Positions 37,011 through 48,497 are shown, counted from the stretch's first letter. The stretch is 64,000 nt of DNA from a virus (IMGVR_UViG_3300009787_000007:1-64000); one strand, 5' to 3'. Notes: generated from the sequence alone by a model not told the origin. Numbers and translations: made by a program.

Positions 37011-40000
37011 TTAACTAGTAGGATAAGGTAAACTAGGTGGTGTAAATGGTTGTAAATATCTAGCTATTCCTTTAGTTATTCTTATTCCACTAATTAATGC
37101 ACTAATATAACCTAAGTAATATCCTAAACTTGTACTAACATTACTCCAACTAACATTCTTTATACTATCTTCTAAACTTCCATTTCTATATAAATTACAT
37201 GTTCCATTTCCATATATGTCAACTACATTCACTAAAGCTATATGTGTCCATGTAGATACGCTTATATCCTCTATAATAGCTGGTATAGTATAACCTGATT
37301 CATTATATAATCTAACACTAGATTCTTCTAGGATATACAGTAATTGAGGATAGTTAGATTGAGTTAATAAACCTGTAATTAAAGTACCATTACCTAAAGT
37401 AGATTGACTACTATTAGAATTAGAACTATTAGTATTACTATTATTTCCAATATAACTGAGTTTGGATAAATTACCAGCAGTGATAGTATTACTATTAATG
37501 AATCTTTCATTATATTCATAAAGTATATTATTAAAATTGTTATCTAGAGCTATGTCATAATAATAACCTATATTAGTATCTACATCATATATAATTCTTT
37601 GTGCAAAACCTTTACTTCCTATGAAATTATTTACATCAAATACTGGAACACTTGTACTATTTATATTTCCTATAATTATATCTGTAACATTACCAGTGTT
37701 AAGTGATTCATATCCTGGTACATATGTATCAAAATTAGATTCTGTAGATACATCTATTTGATAATTTTCAGCATTAGTAACTATATTCCAGTTAGCTTGA
37801 AATGAATTAGTAGTAACACTAGAAGAAGGTAATAAAACTGGTTGAGTTAGACGTAATATACTACTACTTTGTATATAAGCATAGAACTCAATAGTGTAAT
37901 TAATAGTAGAAGGTAAAGACTGATTTAAGTTAAATAATAGACTAGAATTAGTACCATTAAATAACATAGATTTACTTAATCCTACTGGACTATTTTGACT
38001 AGTTAAAGTTACATTATTTACAGTTATAGAAGTATTAGTATTTGATTCATCGATTATATTTATAGTAGGTTGTAATAAGAATATTACATTACTAAAATAC
38101 TGATCTGGAATATAAGCAGGTACAACAGTAGTTCTAGTTAAAGTATTACTAATTGAATTATAATTTCCTGCTAAATCTTGCATAGTATTAGCTGGTAAGT
38201 ATATACTAACATTACCTGAACTTGAAGCTACTATAGTAACTTTATATAAATTCTGATTAGGATATGAGAATAAATTACTAGCTATACCATTACTAACATT
38301 TAATAAATCTAAAGTTAAAGGATTAAGTGTATTGTTATTAAAGCTAATAAATATATCAAATTGATAAGAATTATCATTAGGTTCATTAGTATATACTGTA
38401 CAATTTAAAGCTGATAACATTATATCTACATAGGAATTATCTGTAGTAGAACTAAATACTTTATTAGGTAAATTAGGTTCATTACTTATAGCTATAGAGA
38501 AATTAACTATTCCATTAGAATAAGTATTATCTACTGTTACTGTTGAATAGTAATAATTATTGCTATATGAAGTATTAGCAATGATATTATTTATAGTTAC
38601 TGTTGGTATATTAACTAGATTAATAATAGATGAATATTTAACTGTAATTACATTGTTTATAGTAGCTAGATTTGAATTATAATTATCTGAATATATTGAT
38701 ATGTAATTAAGTAAATTAGTAGCATCAGTAATATTTTCTAATACTGTATATGGTAATCCAGGAATGTCTACTGAAGCAGCAGTATATAAAGCTTGTCCTA
38801 ATGTAACTCTTATATTAGATAGCCAATAATTACAATCAGTTATTCTATTTTGGTAATATCCTACTTTAATATCTCCTCTAGTTACATCTATTCCAGGTGT
38901 AGCAACTATTAATGCTATCCTTATTCCATTCCTATAAAATCTATATACTCCACTTTGACAAGTTACTGCGAAATGTGGATATAATTGCTGTAAACTATAA
39001 CCTGCTGTACCTAATGCTATAAAATTACCTGTATCTAAATCAGGATAACTTAATCCACTAAATAATTGCGTAGTATTAGTAACGCTTCTATATATTAATA
39101 ACTGCTTATTACTACTAAAGAAACATATACCTGTACTAGAGTTTTCGATAGAAAAGATATGACTTGATTTATTATTAGATGAATCTATTCTTAGAAAGAA
39201 CTCTATAGTCCAATCATAACTAGTTCCTGCTGTAGTAGTATTATCTGAACCTATAGCATTGAATCCTGTATATACTAATCCAGATTGTTCATTAGTAGGT
39301 TGTACTTGTAATGAACTAGTTTCTCCAAATGGATAAGTAGTTGTATCAAATGTAATTTGGTTAGCTATTACAGGAGTTAAAGTTAATCTAGCTGGACTTA
39401 GATCATATACAGTATTAGCAGTATCTAAAGGTAATTGAAGTATAGGAAATGAACTAGAATATATTCTAACTAATGAAGCACTAATAGCTGATGTTATATT
39501 GCTATCTGTAACTCCTGTTCCTTGCATACATTGTACTATTACTGGTGCTTCTTTTATAGGTTGTACTGTTATCTGATATACAGAACCTATAGTTATAGTA
39601 GAAGTATTAGTTATTGTACCATTCTCAACACCTATCTTAGTAGGATCAAATGTTGCAATAGCAGCATTAAATGTAATAGTAACTAGGAAACTACTATTTA
39701 TATAAGGATTACTACCTGATGTAAGTATAGGTAAAGGATTAGATTTATTTATAGTATATTGATTACCTTGAAAACTTAATTCACCTGCATAGTTACTAAT
39801 TAATATGTTAGTTCCACTAAACTTTAATGTTTTTCTATCTAAGAAATTTAATCCTAATATTCCATTTCCTGAACCAGTATTGGCAACTAAAGTATATACA
39901 TAATTATTATTCTTTGTTAATGAAACTATACTAGCTCCTGTTACTCCTTGTAATTGAGTTAATGAAAAATCATCTGTAGTTAATGTGTCTACTTCTTGAC

Positions 40001-42086
40001 TTAAATATATATTCCATGAAACTGTAGTTGTTGATACAGAAGCTAATGTACTTGTACAAAGAATAGCTATTATTCTAGCTCTAGGTTCAGTTATTACATT
40101 TGTACTTAATGGTAAATTAAAAATGTTATCATATGCAAAATATTCATTACTAGTAGTTGTAGAATATCTAGCTTGATTAGTAATTCTTAGTCCTTTAATG
40201 CCTACTGTTAAGTTATAAATACCTTCATTAATTCCATCATTAACACTATTGCAAGTAATTGTAGGATAGCTATTACTATTACTAGATAAACCTAAACTAT
40301 TAGTTACACTAAATAGAGTGTAATTAAAAGGTATTGTATTAGCTAAATTTCCATTTATAAATACATATAGATAATTATTAAATCTTTCAATAGCTATATG
40401 AGTTTGAGCTTCTTCATATCCTGAATTAACAGTTATAGTATTGTTATTATAATTATCATGTCTATATAGAACTAATTCATTAGTAGGTATAGTAGCTGTA
40501 CCTCTAGAATCTCCATCCCAATATATTAGAGTAGGTGAAACATTAGCTAACCAATTAGTTCCATCTTCAGATATTTTCAATCCTAAATAGTAACCACCTA
40601 CATCATATCCATCATTATAACCATATGATTCAGCTTCATATAACCATCTTAGGTTAATAGTTAATATTTTATTATTAACTGAAGTACCACTAGTTAAATT
40701 TAGTACATTCATAGTGCTATCTACATATACACCAAATCCAGTTGTAGGTACTTTAGATATTTGTTGATTAGCAGTTAATTGAGGATAATTATTATTACCT
40801 GTAGCTACACTATAGCCAGGATTAAAACCTTTATATGGAACTCCATTATGAAAATAAGTTAGATAAAATTCTATAGTCCAATTAGTATTACTTAAATTAG
40901 TATTTATAGGATTTCTACTATATACATTCTTACCATCTAATTCAACAAATCCTGTTATATAATTAGGTGTTAATTCTAATAAACTAGGATTATTTAAATG
41001 AGTTTGATAAGGAGAATAATAATATAAATCATATAAAAATGGAAAGTTAGCTAACACATAATTATAATAATTATCTATAGGATTAGCAATAGAAGTTATA
41101 TAGAAAGGTAATGAACAGCTATAAAATGATTGTTTATATCTAGATATTCCAGTAGTAATTCTAATATTAGCTAAACCACCTGAAAATGTTAATTCAACTT
41201 GATTATTATTTACATAATAAATTCCTTCTGTAGTATTCCAATAATTACTAAAAGTTCTAAAATAATTACTTCCACCTATACTTAATCTAGCTCCAGTAGT
41301 ATTAGCATTTACTCCAACTGAATAATTAAAATTATGTGTGTAATTAGTATAACTATTTACTAAATTAAAATTAATATATGTTTCTAATACATTACCATTT
41401 CTTTGTAAACATACATGATACCAAGTATTAGCTGTAATATTATTAGCTATTATATATTGATTACTACTATCATAGAAAGTTAATACATTATTAGCTAAGA
41501 ATATAGAATAACCTAAACCAGTTACATAAGTATAACTATTAATAGTAGCTATAGTTAAATTATCAGCAGGAGCAAAACAGTCTGCATAGTTAATAATAGG
41601 TTGATATTTCCAAGGTAGTGTTACTGAATCAGCATAAAAACTAAATTCTATAGTCCAATCATTAGTTCCAAAGTTAATAGGTTGTTGACCATTTAACATC
41701 ATCTCTAAAAATGTACCTTTAATACTTCCATAAAGAGTACCACTATTTAACTCAGCTACTCTTAATGTGTGATTATATTTATTAGGAATAGTTAGAAAAC
41801 TATTTACTTTATTATTACTGGTTAAATTAGCATTTATATCTGGATAATTACTATAATCTGAATCATTTATGTTAATAAAAGCTATATCTGATTGACTAGA
41901 ACTTCCTATAAAATATCTAAATTGTCTCTGTTTTGTAGAATAATCTTTATAGAACGGTAATCCTAATGTGTTTAAACTATTATCTAATCTTAATAGTAAA
42001 TCTACATTGTTAAAGTACACATCATTTACTGTAGCAGTTGTTACATTACTACATAATAAATATTTACTTAATGTTTTCTTATCCAT
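37011..42086 (-). CDS. giant tail adhesin with multiple LamG domains, bacterial Ig-like domains and an FN3 half-domain insertion
   Basis: Repeated WTIEF...HIA...GIRIT...RY LamG units; Ig-like units ending QDLAGNYN; the FN3-like SFQANWNIVTNAENYQIDVSTESNF lies inside the last LamG. Confidence 0.8.
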   Translation of the reverse strand: MDKKTLSKYLLCSNVTTATVNDVYFNNVDLLLRLDNSLNTLGLPFYKDYSTKQRQFRYFIGSSSQSDIAFININDSDYSNYPDINANLTSNNKVNSFLTIPNKYNHTLRVAELNSGTLYGSIKGTFLEMMLNGQQPINFGTNDWTIEFSFYADSVTLPWKYQPIINYADCFAPADNLTIATINSYTYVTGLGYSIFLANNVLTFYDSSNQYIIANNITANTWYHVCLQRNGNVLETYINFNLVNSYTNYTHNFNYSVGVNANTTGARLSIGGSNYFRTFSNYWNTTEGIYYVNNNQVELTFSGGLANIRITTGISRYKQSFYSCSLPFYITSIANPIDNYYNYVLANFPFLYDLYYYSPYQTHLNNPSLLELTPNYITGFVELDGKNVYSRNPINTNLSNTNWTIEFYLTYFHNGVPYKGFNPGYSVATGNNNYPQLTANQQISKVPTTGFGVYVDSTMNVLNLTSGTSVNNKILTINLRWLYEAESYGYNDGYDVGGYYLGLKISEDGTNWLANVSPTLIYWDGDSRGTATIPTNELVLYRHDNYNNNTITVNSGYEEAQTHIAIERFNNYLYVFINGNLANTIPFNYTLFSVTNSLGLSSNSNSYPTITCNSVNDGINEGIYNLTVGIKGLRITNQARYSTTTSNEYFAYDNIFNLPLSTNVITEPRARIIAILCTSTLASVSTTTVSWNIYLSQEVDTLTTDDFSLTQLQGVTGASIVSLTKNNNYVYTLVANTGSGNGILGLNFLDRKTLKFSGTNILISNYAGELSFQGNQYTINKSNPLPILTSGSNPYINSSFLVTITFNAAIATFDPTKIGVENGTITNTSTITIGSVYQITVQPIKEAPVIVQCMQGTGVTDSNITSAISASLVRIYSSSFPILQLPLDTANTVYDLSPARLTLTPVIANQITFDTTTYPFGETSSLQVQPTNEQSGLVYTGFNAIGSDNTTTAGTSYDWTIEFFLRIDSSNNKSSHIFSIENSSTGICFFSSNKQLLIYRSVTNTTQLFSGLSYPDLDTGNFIALGTAGYSLQQLYPHFAVTCQSGVYRFYRNGIRIALIVATPGIDVTRGDIKVGYYQNRITDCNYWLSNIRVTLGQALYTAASVDIPGLPYTVLENITDATNLLNYISIYSDNYNSNLATINNVITVKYSSIINLVNIPTVTINNIIANTSYSNNYYYSTVTVDNTYSNGIVNFSIAISNEPNLPNKVFSSTTDNSYVDIMLSALNCTVYTNEPNDNSYQFDIFISFNNNTLNPLTLDLLNVSNGIASNLFSYPNQNLYKVTIVASSSGNVSIYLPANTMQDLAGNYNSISNTLTRTTVVPAYIPDQYFSNVIFLLQPTINIIDESNTNTSITVNNVTLTSQNSPVGLSKSMLFNGTNSSLLFNLNQSLPSTINYTIEFYAYIQSSSILRLTQPVLLPSSSVTTNSFQANWNIVTNAENYQIDVSTESNFDTYVPGYESLNTGNVTDIIIGNINSTSVPVFDVNNFIGSKGFAQRIIYDVDTNIGYYYDIALDNNFNNILYEYNERFINSNTITAGNLSKLSYIGNNSNTNSSNSNSSQSTLGNGTLITGLLTQSNYPQLLYILEESSVRLYNESGYTIPAIIEDISVSTWTHIALVNVVDIYGNGTCNLYRNGSLEDSIKNVSWSNVSTSLGYYLGYISALISGIRITKGIARYLQPFTPPSLPYPTS

Positions 42087-42124
42087 TTATATTAACCATA
42101 ATATATAATCAACTAACTAACCTA

Positions 42125-43762
42125 CTAACCTACATTAGCTTGTACTAGAAAGATTCTTTTCTTTAATGTTCCAGAACTATCTTGATTAATTATAACAATA
42201 AATATATCTGTCTTTCCATTACCACTTAGTACAGGTATATTACCACTTGGAAACATTAAACTGCTATTCCAAGCTATAATTCCTGTCTGTTGTCTTATTT
42301 CTAATACACATGAATATGTTTGATTGTCTCCTATCGTACTAGCTACTATATTAAATGTAGTAGTTCCACCATCATTAGGTGTATTTATAATGTAATAATC
42401 ATAATTACTACTAGCATTTAAGTCTATTGAATAGCTAACAGATGTACTTATATTTATAGTAGTAGTTTTAATTGTAGGTGTAATTAAAGCTAACACGCTT
42501 GTACTTAAATCAGCAGTTGTAATACTTCCTGGTAATATAGAACTAGTTAAAACTAACCATCTTCCAGTGTTAGGGTTGCTATTAGGAATGATAGTAGTTA
42601 TACCATCATCTACACCTGTACTAGCAGCTATAAAAGCAAAACATTGGTTAACAGATTCTACAAATCTAATTTGACCATCTATATAATTAGAACTAGGAAT
42701 AGCTCTTAGTGAGGATAAATTAGTTACAGGACTAGACCAGTAACTTAATGAAGTAATTGTACTATAATCATTAATTTTAGGATAAGTAGTTATAAATAAA
42801 CCATCTGGAATAGTAGTAATAAAGTCTAATATAGGATAGACAACTAAAACTAAAGCATTATAAGCAGGTAATGGAGTGCTTAATGTAATACTATTAGCTG
42901 GATAAGCTATTAAAGTATTTACATAAGTAATACCTGTTGTAGATAAAGTATTAGCGTTATAGTCAAAATAACCTAGAACTTCTATATTAAATGAATAAGT
43001 TAAGGAAGCATCTGAACAGTAATCATTTAGTGCTATTTCACCATTACTATATGCTACTGCTGAATCATTATATATATAATACATAATAGGTACAGAGTTA
43101 TTTAGTACAGTATTTAATGAAGCACTAATTAGTTCTGTACTATTAACTTCATATAATTCCTTTCTATAATTAACATTTAATTCAGCTAATGTATTAGATA
43201 TAACTAATGACCATATACCATTTACACTACTAAAGGAATTAAAATTATCTGCTATATAACTATTTGTAGTACCATTATTATTACTTAAATATTCATAAAC
43301 ATTATTATTTGAAGTAACAGCTATTCTAAATCCGTTAGGTAATGAAGTTGTATCAGGAAATGAAGAAGTATTAGCTATAGTAGTTGTACCATTGATTACA
43401 TAATCATCATTAATAACTATATTTTCTAACGTAATAGCAGTTATACCATCTGCTTGATATAATTCTTGTTCATATATTACTCTAGCTGAACTATAAGTAT
43501 TAGTAGTTGAAACTAGTATAGCTATACTTCTCCAATCTTCATAAGCATAGGTAGAAAATGAAGTTGAACTAATAGTTATTGATTTATTATTAGCTATTAC
43601 TAAAGATGTACTAGTTGAAGGATTATTATACCCTACTCTATTTCTAGCTATAGTCCAGAAGTAATAAGTAATATTATTACCTTGAATTAGACCTGTATTA
43701 TTAGCTGTAATACTAGGTGCTGGTAAACTACTTCTACCATTTCCATATTGTGTTCTTAACAT
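42125..43762 (-). CDS. tail fibre/baseplate-associated protein
   Basis: 545 aa; contains the LSSLRAI...DDGITTIIPNSNPNTGRW module shared with the N-terminus of 18213..20903. Confidence 0.65.
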   Translation of the reverse strand: MLRTQYGNGRSSLPAPSITANNTGLIQGNNITYYFWTIARNRVGYNNPSTSTSLVIANNKSITISSTSFSTYAYEDWRSIAILVSTTNTYSSARVIYEQELYQADGITAITLENIVINDDYVINGTTTIANTSSFPDTTSLPNGFRIAVTSNNNVYEYLSNNNGTTNSYIADNFNSFSSVNGIWSLVISNTLAELNVNYRKELYEVNSTELISASLNTVLNNSVPIMYYIYNDSAVAYSNGEIALNDYCSDASLTYSFNIEVLGYFDYNANTLSTTGITYVNTLIAYPANSITLSTPLPAYNALVLVVYPILDFITTIPDGLFITTYPKINDYSTITSLSYWSSPVTNLSSLRAIPSSNYIDGQIRFVESVNQCFAFIAASTGVDDGITTIIPNSNPNTGRWLVLTSSILPGSITTADLSTSVLALITPTIKTTTINISTSVSYSIDLNASSNYDYYIINTPNDGGTTTFNIVASTIGDNQTYSCVLEIRQQTGIIAWNSSLMFPSGNIPVLSGNGKTDIFIVIINQDSSGTLKKRIFLVQANVG

Positions 43763-43774
43763 ATTTTATATTAC

Positions 43775-43969
43775 CTATCTACTTTGTATAGTTTTAATTG
43801 TTTGATATTTAGTAATAGGGATTATATAACTATTACCAACGTGATCTACTTTTAATCTATCACCTTGATTAGTTATATTAGGTCTAATAGCTATAAAAGC
43901 ATTGGTAAAATTAGCAATAGTTTGACTATCTATATTAGGATCTGTTTGTTGATTAAAATTAAATCTCAT
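43775..43969 (-). CDS. small hypothetical protein
   Basis: 64-aa ORF filling the gap between co-oriented genes. Confidence 0.55.
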   Translation of the reverse strand: MRFNFNQQTDPNIDSQTIANFTNAFIAIRPNITNQGDRLKVDHVGNSYIIPITKYQTIKTIQSR

Positions 43970-43983
43970 GTTAATATATCATA

Positions 43984-46635
43984 TTACTGATTAGGTGATA
44001 AATCTAACCATCTACTAAAATTAGTTGGTATAGAGGTTATAGGTGTTCCAAAGTTACTAGGTAAGTTAGGATTAATTAATACTTTTACTGATGAAGTATT
44101 ACTATTTACATTAGCTAATTGTACAGTATTTGTACTTATTCCTAAACTAGTAATATAATTACCTGCTTCTATATTTATTGGTTGTAGAAAAGAATTACCT
44201 TTAGAATATTGTACACTAATTACACTTCTTTTCACTATCCAGTTACCTGTAATTCCTGGTACTTGTATATAAGCATTTGTAGTTATATTACTTATACCTT
44301 TATTGAAATTTAACTGGCATGAGATAGTAGAACCATTATTAATGTTATCCATTATTAGTTTAAATTTTGCACCATTTAAAGCTTCTTGTAAATTCTCACA
44401 TGCTGATATATTTACACTAGCTATATATTGTCTAGCACTATTCTGTATTGTACTAGTAATATATGTAACACTATTTAAATAACTATTATTTATACTAGTT
44501 TTAGATTCTTGATACATAGGTTTAACTATAGTAGCTCTAGGTGGTCTACCATCACTTAAGTTAAATGAAGTGTGTGTAACTCTACTTTTATAGCTATTAT
44601 CTTGTGCTACTCTAATACTAGTTAATGTAGTATACTGATCATCTTTATCTAATATCTGATCTGGAAAACTAGTATTAATATTACTTGTACTAATACTAGG
44701 TAAACTATTACTTTCAATACCATAATCACTTACTTTCATATAAGTATGTACATTATTATAATATGTACCAGTATCACTTAAACCAGCATTAATATTATTT
44801 AATATATCACTGATGCTTGAATACTCACTATATATGAGAGGTAATTGAGGTCTAGTATTTTTAGATGGAAGTATACCATATTTAGTAAATTCATATTCTT
44901 CTGAACCAGAAGTAATTACAATAGGATTAGTACCGTAGTAATTTCTAGAGAAAGGACTATAATTAGGATTACCTGATAAACCAATAGAAGTTTTTAGTCT
45001 ACTTTTAGCTGTAATCATTAAATTAGGTTCCCAATTAGGATCTGGAAATAATACTGGAATTGGTGTAGTATCTGTTTCAGATTGATTTACTTGATTAGCT
45101 GGAATATATTGTACAGTCCAATCTACATTATCTGTATCAGTATAGTATTTACTATAAGGTTCTACTACATAATCTACTCTTTCAAATATAGGTATCTTTC
45201 TATATAAATATTGTTCTAAATTAACTTTTGCACTATATAACATCCAATTATACTGCTGCTGAGTTAGTGAATTAGCACCACTAGTAAGTACACTTTTAGA
45301 ATTAACTATAGTATTTAAATTTAACCACGCTGATATACTACCTTTAGTCCATTTAGTAGCATCTTCAGTAGCAAATCTTTTTAATTCCCATCCTGTAGTC
45401 TGTTCTGCTACTAATACTTGCATATTAGAATATAAATACTGTTGATAATTACTAGGAATTGTTACAGGTGTTAATGTACCATCACTATTCTGTAACATAG
45501 GATTAATTTGAGGATTAAAACTTTGATATATATATGTAGTAGCTTTAATACTTATTAATCTCCATACCATAGCATTACTAAACGCTGCACTATCTGGATA
45601 ACCTAACTTATTAGCTTGTATACTAGTTAGTACTTCTTGAAAAGCATTACCACTATTTATTACATCAGATGTAATTTGACTAATTATCGCATCAGTTTCA
45701 GTATTTGCATATGTAGGATCAGCTACTAATTCTAAAGCTGAATGAGCATAACCCCAAGTAGCACTAATTTCAGTAGCAGGTTGACTAAATTTATATGAAG
45801 TAATCTTACATGATTTAGTTTCACCTGAACTATCAAACATTATAGATAAGTCTCTAGGATATATACTATTGTTCATAGTTTCTGGTGGTGCTAAATGAGG
45901 ATTATAATCACCTTCATATGTTACATAGTCACTAGGTTTAATCTGAATATAAATTTTAGCGTTAACTCCTGTATCATAGTTATCTTTCTGTGACCATGTT
46001 AATAATGTATTTTTATATGTAGGAACACTATTAACTCCTAAAGTTACATTAGAAACTATTCCTGAGTTAATTCTTCCACTAGAACCTAATGAAGTGAATG
46101 ATAGATTATCATTATTAAATTTATAAACTAAACCTAATATATTTAACTTATCATCTATTAATTGCTTTAATGTAATAGTATCACTAACACTAGGATTATT
46201 TGATATCTCAACTAAAAATGCAGGTGGTGAAATTGTACCAGCATTAATTACTTTACCTAAAGCATAATTAACTAATAATCCTATAGAAAAATAATAACTT
46301 GAATTAGTTTTTATACTGTATTGATTCTTATATGCAGTTAGAAAATCTTTAGTTACTATTGGATATTCATATAATCTTTTACTTATATGAGTATAAGTAT
46401 ATGTAATCTGTTTTTGATTAGCTGAAGTAATATTATTTTGTATACATACATCAGCAGTAAAATTTTCTAACGTAAAAGTCAGTCCATTGAATATAAAATT
46501 ACTTCCTATTGACCTAGTTACTAGATCAGGTATATATTCAACTAAAGTTAATCTAGGATAATCATTTAAACTAGATTCACATTGTATACTACCATTCTGT
46601 ATTAAAGATTGTACTAGATTTAAATTAGTTGACAT
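43984..46635 (-). CDS. central tail/tail-tip hub-like protein
   Basis: 883 aa; size and position a few genes after the tape measure. Confidence 0.55.
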   Translation of the reverse strand: MSTNLNLVQSLIQNGSIQCESSLNDYPRLTLVEYIPDLVTRSIGSNFIFNGLTFTLENFTADVCIQNNITSANQKQITYTYTHISKRLYEYPIVTKDFLTAYKNQYSIKTNSSYYFSIGLLVNYALGKVINAGTISPPAFLVEISNNPSVSDTITLKQLIDDKLNILGLVYKFNNDNLSFTSLGSSGRINSGIVSNVTLGVNSVPTYKNTLLTWSQKDNYDTGVNAKIYIQIKPSDYVTYEGDYNPHLAPPETMNNSIYPRDLSIMFDSSGETKSCKITSYKFSQPATEISATWGYAHSALELVADPTYANTETDAIISQITSDVINSGNAFQEVLTSIQANKLGYPDSAAFSNAMVWRLISIKATTYIYQSFNPQINPMLQNSDGTLTPVTIPSNYQQYLYSNMQVLVAEQTTGWELKRFATEDATKWTKGSISAWLNLNTIVNSKSVLTSGANSLTQQQYNWMLYSAKVNLEQYLYRKIPIFERVDYVVEPYSKYYTDTDNVDWTVQYIPANQVNQSETDTTPIPVLFPDPNWEPNLMITAKSRLKTSIGLSGNPNYSPFSRNYYGTNPIVITSGSEEYEFTKYGILPSKNTRPQLPLIYSEYSSISDILNNINAGLSDTGTYYNNVHTYMKVSDYGIESNSLPSISTSNINTSFPDQILDKDDQYTTLTSIRVAQDNSYKSRVTHTSFNLSDGRPPRATIVKPMYQESKTSINNSYLNSVTYITSTIQNSARQYIASVNISACENLQEALNGAKFKLIMDNINNGSTISCQLNFNKGISNITTNAYIQVPGITGNWIVKRSVISVQYSKGNSFLQPINIEAGNYITSLGISTNTVQLANVNSNTSSVKVLINPNLPSNFGTPITSIPTNFSRWLDLSPNQ

Positions 46636-46692
46636 ATACTATATACACTATACACATTACATACACTACTTTTTATATACTTTATAACTTAT

Positions 46693-47532
46693 CTACAACT
46701 TATCTATCAATATAAAGTAATTAGGATTAGATAGAAAACTATGTACTTGACTATCATCTACGTTATTATTAATATAATCAAATAGATTATCTATGTTATA
46801 TAGATTAAAATATTTATTATTTCTATATATTAAATAATCTAATTCTATATATGGAATAGTATTAACTAAACTAACTGAACTAAAGCTAAATAATCTAGCA
46901 TTGAATTTATTAATTGTAGCTGTATTAAATCCTATATTTTGATTTATATAACTAAGATTAATGCTGAATAAATATGTAATATTTACTATGTTATTTACAT
47001 TAAATGCTTTGTTAGTTAGAAAATTAGATGTAATAGCTAAAGGTATAGATGAATAATTATCTTGATATGAAATATTAGTTATATTACTATGATTACTTAT
47101 AAAACAATCAATGTTAGCATATTGATTTATATTACTTATACTATATGTAACTTCAATATTAATATTACCTGTATTACTAGAGAATATATATAAATTATTT
47201 AAGTTTGAATTAGATTGAGTATTGTAATTAGTGATATAACATTTACTAGTATCAACTAATTCAATACTAACTAAGTTGTAATCGGTTGTAATAGATGAGA
47301 TTATATCATTTATATCAGTATATTCAACACTTACAATTAAATCTCCATAGAATTGTTTATTAATAGTTAGATTATCTATTGTAATAGCATATAAGTTAGT
47401 TACTAATATAGGAGTAATAGTTGATATATCTGTATATATATAATTAGTTTCATCTATAAATTCTTGTCTAATAGGTGGATTAGCTACTAATATACTATTT
47501 ACTTTATTTATTTGATTAGTTGTTATCCACAT
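46693..47532 (-). CDS. tail-associated hypothetical protein
   Basis: 279 aa, N/I/S-rich, in the post-tape-measure cluster. Confidence 0.55.
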   Translation of the reverse strand: MWITTNQINKVNSILVANPPIRQEFIDETNYIYTDISTITPILVTNLYAITIDNLTINKQFYGDLIVSVEYTDINDIISSITTDYNLVSIELVDTSKCYITNYNTQSNSNLNNLYIFSSNTGNINIEVTYSISNINQYANIDCFISNHSNITNISYQDNYSSIPLAITSNFLTNKAFNVNNIVNITYLFSINLSYINQNIGFNTATINKFNARLFSFSSVSLVNTIPYIELDYLIYRNNKYFNLYNIDNLFDYINNNVDDSQVHSFLSNPNYFILIDKL

Positions 47533-47560
47533 ATTAGTATTGTTATTATTATTATTATTA

Positions 47561-47920
47561 TTAAGCTAATTTAATTCTAGGAGTATTTAAATCTGTACCT
47601 GTACAAGACCATGTATCATAAACAGCAGTTCCAGCTATAAAGAATTTTCTACCTTCAATTGTATCTAATAATGTCCATGTTCTACCTCTAAAGTTAAAAT
47701 TAACTGAACCTATATTAGATGCTAAAGGTTTACTAAAAGGTTCTGATTGTATTCCTCTTAAAGTAATAGTTACAGTATCAAAACAATAATTACCTTCAAA
47801 TAAAGTGTTACTTGAAGCTATATAAGTTTTAATTCCACTAGCACTAATACTAGAAAAAGCTACACCATCAGGAGGTATAGGATAATTATAAAATATCTCT
47901 GATGTGTAGATACTAGACAT
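47561..47920 (-). CDS. small tail protein (distal-tail region)
   Basis: 119 aa, positional call. Confidence 0.5.
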   Translation of the reverse strand: MSSIYTSEIFYNYPIPPDGVAFSSISASGIKTYIASSNTLFEGNYCFDTVTITLRGIQSEPFSKPLASNIGSVNFNFRGRTWTLLDTIEGRKFFIAGTAVYDTWSCTGTDLNTPRIKLA

Positions 47921-47978
47921 ATATTTAAACTGATATTGCTATTACTGATATACTACTAATATTATTATTTTCTATCTA

Positions 47979-48380
47979 TTAAATAGATGTTACAGTAATA
48001 TTTGTTAAACAAGTTACTTGGAATGAAGTATAATTATTTGATGAACTTCCTACTTGTAAAGTACCACCATCTTGATATGAGAATGGTAAACAAGTACCAT
48101 TTCTATATAAGAACAGTCCTGCACCTGTAGGATTAGTTAAATCGATTTGTCCTAAAGCTAAACTTTCTGCATTAGTATTACAAGTATCAATAATTGTATT
48201 AGCTAATGTATCTGGAATACCTTTTAAATCAAAAGTATATGTTTTTAAGTTTAGATTAATAGTGATAATGAAATCACCTGTAATCGCTGGATATGATACT
48301 AATGATGCTGTACCTGTTGAAATAGAATCTGGTGAAACTGGAACACCAAATACTTTCTGGAAATTAATTTGTAAAGCCAT
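47979..48380 (-). CDS. small tail protein (distal-tail region)
   Basis: 133 aa, immediately after the tape measure. Confidence 0.5.
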   Translation of the reverse strand: MALQINFQKVFGVPVSPDSISTGTASLVSYPAITGDFIITINLNLKTYTFDLKGIPDTLANTIIDTCNTNAESLALGQIDLTNPTGAGLFLYRNGTCLPFSYQDGGTLQVGSSSNNYTSFQVTCLTNITVTSI

Positions 48381-48497
48381 ATTTTTAATTTATTCTCTTA
48401 TTTACTATTTTTAATTTTATATTTGATTAATAACTACATTTAATTTAATTAATATCTATAACTAATATAGATATTTATATAATAACATTTACAGAAT

